DNA of 64,000 bases from an uncultured Acidimicrobiia bacterium (GTDB lineage Bacteria > Acidobacteriota > Terriglobia > Versatilivoradales > Versatilivoraceae). How positions within the stretch are numbered: position 1 is the stretch's first letter; each line of letters opens with the position of its first letter. Below the pieces are notes generated by a model. The model saw only the letters and a list, made by a program, of their open reading frames with translations. It was not told the DNA's origin and made no database searches. The stretch is taken from contig CAWBAT010000005.1 of the NCBI GenBank assembly GCA_963786955.1, forward strand, positions 864,001 to 928,000, written 5' to 3'. Of this stretch, positions 60,311 through 64,000 are shown one piece after another. Made by a program: the position numbers and the translations under genes.

Positions 60311-63124
60311 ATGGCAATTGACAAGATTGTGGTCAGAGGGGCTCGGCAGCATAACCTCAAGAATATTAACGTCGAGATCCCGCGCAACCGGCTTACGGTG
60401 ATTACTGGATTGAGTGGTTCAGGCAAGTCGAGCCTGGCTTTCGACACGATCTATGCGGAAGGGCAACGGCGGTACGTTGAATCCCTTTCGGCCTATGCAC
60501 GCCAGTTCCTGGATCAGCTCGAACGGCCCGATGTTGATTCCATCGAGGGGCTGAGCCCTGCCATATCGATTGAACAGAAAACAACCAGCCGTAGCCCGCG
60601 CTCTACCGTCGGCACCATCACCGAGATTTACGACTATCTGCGGTTACTTTACTCCTCCATCGGTGTGCCCCACTGTTATCGTTGCGGCCGGTTAATTGCT
60701 CGCCAATCGACAAAACAAATACTGGAAAACATCCGCTTGCTGCCCGAAGGCGAGCGAATCATGATTCTGGCTCCTTTCGTCCGCGGACGTAAAGGCGAAT
60801 TCAAGCAGGTGCTGGATGATCTGGCGCGAGATGGATTTGTGCGGGCGCGAATCGATGGTACCCTTCACAATCTCGAGGAGAAAATCAAGCTCGATAAGGC
60901 CAAGCACCATACGGTTGAAATTGTTGTGGATCGCCTGCTGATCAAACCGGGAATCGAAAAACGAATAGAGAACTCAATCGAACTTGCGATGAAGCTCGCA
61001 AAAGGCATCGTTCTAGTAGCCGTAATCAATGGTGAGGAGAGGCTTTACTCTGAAAAGCTGGCCTGTGTGGATTGCGGAATTTCCTTACCGGCCATTGAGC
61101 CTCGAACGTTTTCTTTCAACAGCCCTTACGGAGCCTGTTCGGCATGTACGGGTCTTGGGTATAAATTTGCATTGGACCCGGGTCGGATCACTGCAGATCC
61201 CACCAAAACAATCCTCAATGGGGGGCTAGCCATCTGGGCCGATGGCTTCCCTCTACCGGTCAAGAATTTTCTGACTGGGCTCGAGAAGTATTTCGGAGAG
61301 GATGTGCTTAATCGGCCGATCAAATCCTTGCCATCAAAGATTCAGAACGCCATCTGGTCTGGAGTCAGCCAGCACCGGAAACTAGGAGAAGGCATTCTAG
61401 GATTTCTTCGTCATGAACAGGCCTTGGAAGATGGAGAAGGCCAGAGTTACGATGCCTTCCTGGTCGCCACGCCTTGTTCAAGTTGTGATGGCAAACGTTT
61501 GCGACCTGAAAGTTTGGCGGTTCGCGTGGCAGACCATTCGATTGCTCACCTCACCGAACTGTCTGTAACAGAAACTCTCGAGACGATTCGCCAGATCCAA
61601 TTGTCAGAGCGAGATAAGATCATTGCCGGCCGGATCGTTGAGGAGGTGATCCAGCGCCTGGAATTCCTGGAATCGGTAGGGCTAGGGTATTTAAGCTTGG
61701 CGCGGCCGGCCACAACTCTCTCGGGCGGCGAAGGACAGCGCATCCGGCTGGCAACTCAGATTGGCTCCCGGCTCAGGGGAGTGCTCTATGTTCTCGACGA
61801 GCCCTCGATTGGCCTGCATCCAAGAGACAATCAGCGCCTCCTGGGGATGTTGGAACAGTTGAGAGACTTAGGCAATACGGTCATTGTGGTGGAGCACGAT
61901 GAAGAGACCATTCGCCGAGCCGATGCTGTAATCGACCTCGGTCCTGGAGCCGGCCGGCATGGGGGAGAACTGATCGCTTGCGGGACAGCTGCCGAAGTGT
62001 CCATTCAGCAGTACTCGTTGACAGGACGTTATCTGGCAGGCGACCTGACTATTCAAACCCCGTTGATCCGCAGGAAGCCAAATGGGAATTTCCTCATCGT
62101 CAAAGGTGCTGCCGAGAACAATCTGAAGAATATCGACGTCAAGTTTCCTCTTGGGCTGATGATCCTGGTGACAGGCGTGTCTGGATCCGGGAAGTCTTCA
62201 TTGGTAAATGACATTCTCTATCGTGCCTTGGCCCGGAAACTCTACCGTTCGGTCGAAACGCCTGGAAAACATAAAGAGATCCTCGGGATGGAACTTATCG
62301 ATAAGGTGATTGAAATTGATCAATCCCCTATCGGACGCACTCCTCGCTCAAATCCAGCAACGTACACCGGATTGTTTGGACTCATTCGGGATCTGTTTGC
62401 AGCTCTTCCAGAATCTCGGGAACGGGGCTACAAGGCGGGTCGATTCAGCTTTAACGTTAAAGGAGGCCGCTGCGAGGCCTGCCAGGGCGATGGGCTACGG
62501 CGAATCGCAATGAATTTTCTTCCTGACGTTTATGTTCAATGCGAAGTGTGCCAGGGACTTCGTTATAACCGGGAAACATTACTCGTGAAATACAAAGGAT
62601 ACTCTATTGCCGAAATACTCGAATCCACAGTCAGTGAGGCCCTTCATGTTCTGGAGAATATCCCCACGATCCGTACCAAGCTCCAAACTCTGTTGGACGT
62701 TGGGCTCAGTTATATTCACCTTGGCCAGCAAGCCACGACACTTTCGGGGGGAGAGGCGCAGCGGGTCAAACTGGCAAAAGAGTTGAGCCGGCGTGCCACT
62801 GGAAGAACTCTCTACATCCTCGATGAACCCACTACCGGCTTGCACTTTGACGATGTCAGAAAATTATTGGAAGTCTTGAACCGCCTTACGGATCTGGGAA
62901 ACACGGTAATCATCATTGAACACAACATGGATGTGATTAAGACGGCGGACTGGATTATTGACCTCGGGCCCGAGGGGGGCGAAGGGGGTGGGAGAATCGT
63001 CGCACAGGGAACCCCGGAACATATTGTGACAGTCGAGAGGTCCTATACGGGGCAGGCACTACGGAACGTCATCGGCAGCCGATTCCTTAAGGTCGCGGAA
63101 AGTTCTCCCGTTTATTCAAGCTGA
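60311..63124 (+). CDS. uvrA: Excinuclease ABC subunit A
   Basis: GARQHNLKN, two Walker A ([16 protein letters not shown]), Zn fingers, two LSGGE motifs. Confidence 0.97.
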   Translation: MAIDKIVVRGARQHNLKNINVEIPRNRLTVITGLSGSGKSSLAFDTIYAEGQRRYVESLSAYARQFLDQLERPDVDSIEGLSPAISIEQKTTSRSPRSTVGTITEIYDYLRLLYSSIGVPHCYRCGRLIARQSTKQILENIRLLPEGERIMILAPFVRGRKGEFKQVLDDLARDGFVRARIDGTLHNLEEKIKLDKAKHHTVEIVVDRLLIKPGIEKRIENSIELAMKLAKGIVLVAVINGEERLYSEKLACVDCGISLPAIEPRTFSFNSPYGACSACTGLGYKFALDPGRITADPTKTILNGGLAIWADGFPLPVKNFLTGLEKYFGEDVLNRPIKSLPSKIQNAIWSGVSQHRKLGEGILGFLRHEQALEDGEGQSYDAFLVATPCSSCDGKRLRPESLAVRVADHSIAHLTELSVTETLETIRQIQLSERDKIIAGRIVEEVIQRLEFLESVGLGYLSLARPATTLSGGEGQRIRLATQIGSRLRGVLYVLDEPSIGLHPRDNQRLLGMLEQLRDLGNTVIVVEHDEETIRRADAVIDLGPGAGRHGGELIACGTAAEVSIQQYSLTGRYLAGDLTIQTPLIRRKPNGNFLIVKGAAENNLKNIDVKFPLGLMILVTGVSGSGKSSLVNDILYRALARKLYRSVETPGKHKEILGMELIDKVIEIDQSPIGRTPRSNPATYTGLFGLIRDLFAALPESRERGYKAGRFSFNVKGGRCEACQGDGLRRIAMNFLPDVYVQCEVCQGLRYNRETLLVKYKGYSIAEILESTVSEALHVLENIPTIRTKLQTLLDVGLSYIHLGQQATTLSGGEAQRVKLAKELSRRATGRTLYILDEPTTGLHFDDVRKLLEVLNRLTDLGNTVIIIEHNMDVIKTADWIIDLGPEGGEGGGRIVAQGTPEHIVTVERSYTGQALRNVIGSRFLKVAESSPVYSS

Positions 63125-63213
63125 TTTCCACCTGACTTTGGTCACTCCGAAGAAGGGAACGTGGGCCGCACCCTGTAACTCTCACAAAAAAAACCAGTCC
63201 GGCGGACGGTCCT

Positions 63214-64000
63214 TTATTGGGTTGCGCTGAAGGGAGTCCAAGGGAAGGAATCGAGATCCCTTAACAAAGGCTTCTGCCAATCAAATTCTGGATGTGCCGC
63301 GAGATGTTCCGCAGCTCGGAATCGCATACCGCAGGGGTGACCCGTAGCAGCTAGAATAGTCATCTGTTCGGCCAGCGTGGAATCGGTTATTTTGGCTTGG
63401 ACAGCTCCGGCGGGACCGAATGGGGGCTGCCAAGGAAGAGACCCCCGCGGCGAGAGATCAATGTGTCCGCAAAGAGTCCTCTCATTGGGATGGATTCTCC
63501 CTTCGAAAGTATCGAAATGATCGGCTAGGAAGCGTTGCCCAGCAGCGAGATCAATTTTGCCTTTGTTGCCCTCCATCAGCTGTTCCCAACGAATCCGCCG
63601 AGCCGTGGCGCTCTGACTGTTGTCATTACTGTCGAATGTCGTCTCTTCTCGGAGGAGTCTCTCATTGACAGGGAAGTTCGCACCACTGAAATACCCATCA
63701 CCGGTGCGTCGAAGACTCACATGCCTCAAACCGAGTTCAAGGCTCGCAATTTCATTGACCTTCCGGTCCGCCAAGAGCCAATTGTTCGCATATCCCCCAT
63801 TGTTTCCTTCCATCATGATTCGGACAAAATCATCGATCGAAGCTGAATATTGCATGGCCTTGCGCGCCCTGACGAATTCCGGAATGCCGTCGGGATCCCA
63901 GCCTTGAAAACGAGTGATCGTCGTCTCCGTAATCATGATCCCCCGCGAATTAATCCCGAAGTCGTCCGCACTATGAATGAATCCGGCAATACCATCCATC
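63214..64000 (-). CDS. Ntn-hydrolase (peptidase C45/phospholipase B-like), C-terminal part
   Basis: HSADDF.INS.GIMITETTI, PEFVRARKAMQY, NNGGYANNW; 5' end lies outside the window. Confidence 0.7.
   Translation of the reverse strand, partial: MDGIAGFIHSADDFGINSRGIMITETTITRFQGWDPDGIPEFVRARKAMQYSASIDDFVRIMMEGNNGGYANNWLLADRKVNEIASLELGLRHVSLRRTGDGYFSGANFPVNERLLREETTFDSNDNSQSATARRIRWEQLMEGNKGKIDLAAGQRFLADHFDTFEGRIHPNERTLCGHIDLSPRGSLPWQPPFGPAGAVQAKITDSTLAEQMTILAATGHPCGMRFRAAEHLAAHPEFDWQKPLLRDLDSFPWTPFSATQ

Overview
Bacterial chromosomal segment (standard genetic code, moderate GC), most likely Acidobacteriota (inferred from the LptC/LptA-repeat fusion, the carboxypeptidase-regulatory/TPR protein, CRTAC1/ASPIC and the BMC content). 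Most of it is housekeeping: rimM-khpA-rpsP, thrC, lepB, folK, ruvAB, queC, ribA, rapZ-hpf-rpoN-lptB-lptC-recJ, mutS2-dnaG-rpoD-der, merR-tRNAPro-surE-tRNAPro-apt, uvrA. The accessory region at about 2.6-20.5 kb holds an intact IS630 that interrupts a membrane-protein gene, a REP-like cluster, and the main candidate system. That system is a secreted/periplasmic heme operon: CRTAC1/ASPIC-UnbV, a hydrazine-synthase-alpha-like monoheme protein, a beta-propeller/di-heme CcP-like/tetraheme c554-like fusion resembling fused HzsB-HzsC, a propeller protein and two orphan solute-binding proteins. It lies beside an XRE regulator and a divergent pair made of a DAHP synthase and a single-domain chorismatase-like Rid protein. 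A small microcompartment locus (class II aldolase, BMC-H, three BMC-P) sits upstream of ruvAB. Many 1-2 bp indels in conserved genes look like uncorrected long-read errors. All family assignments come from motif recognition by eye; no searches were run.
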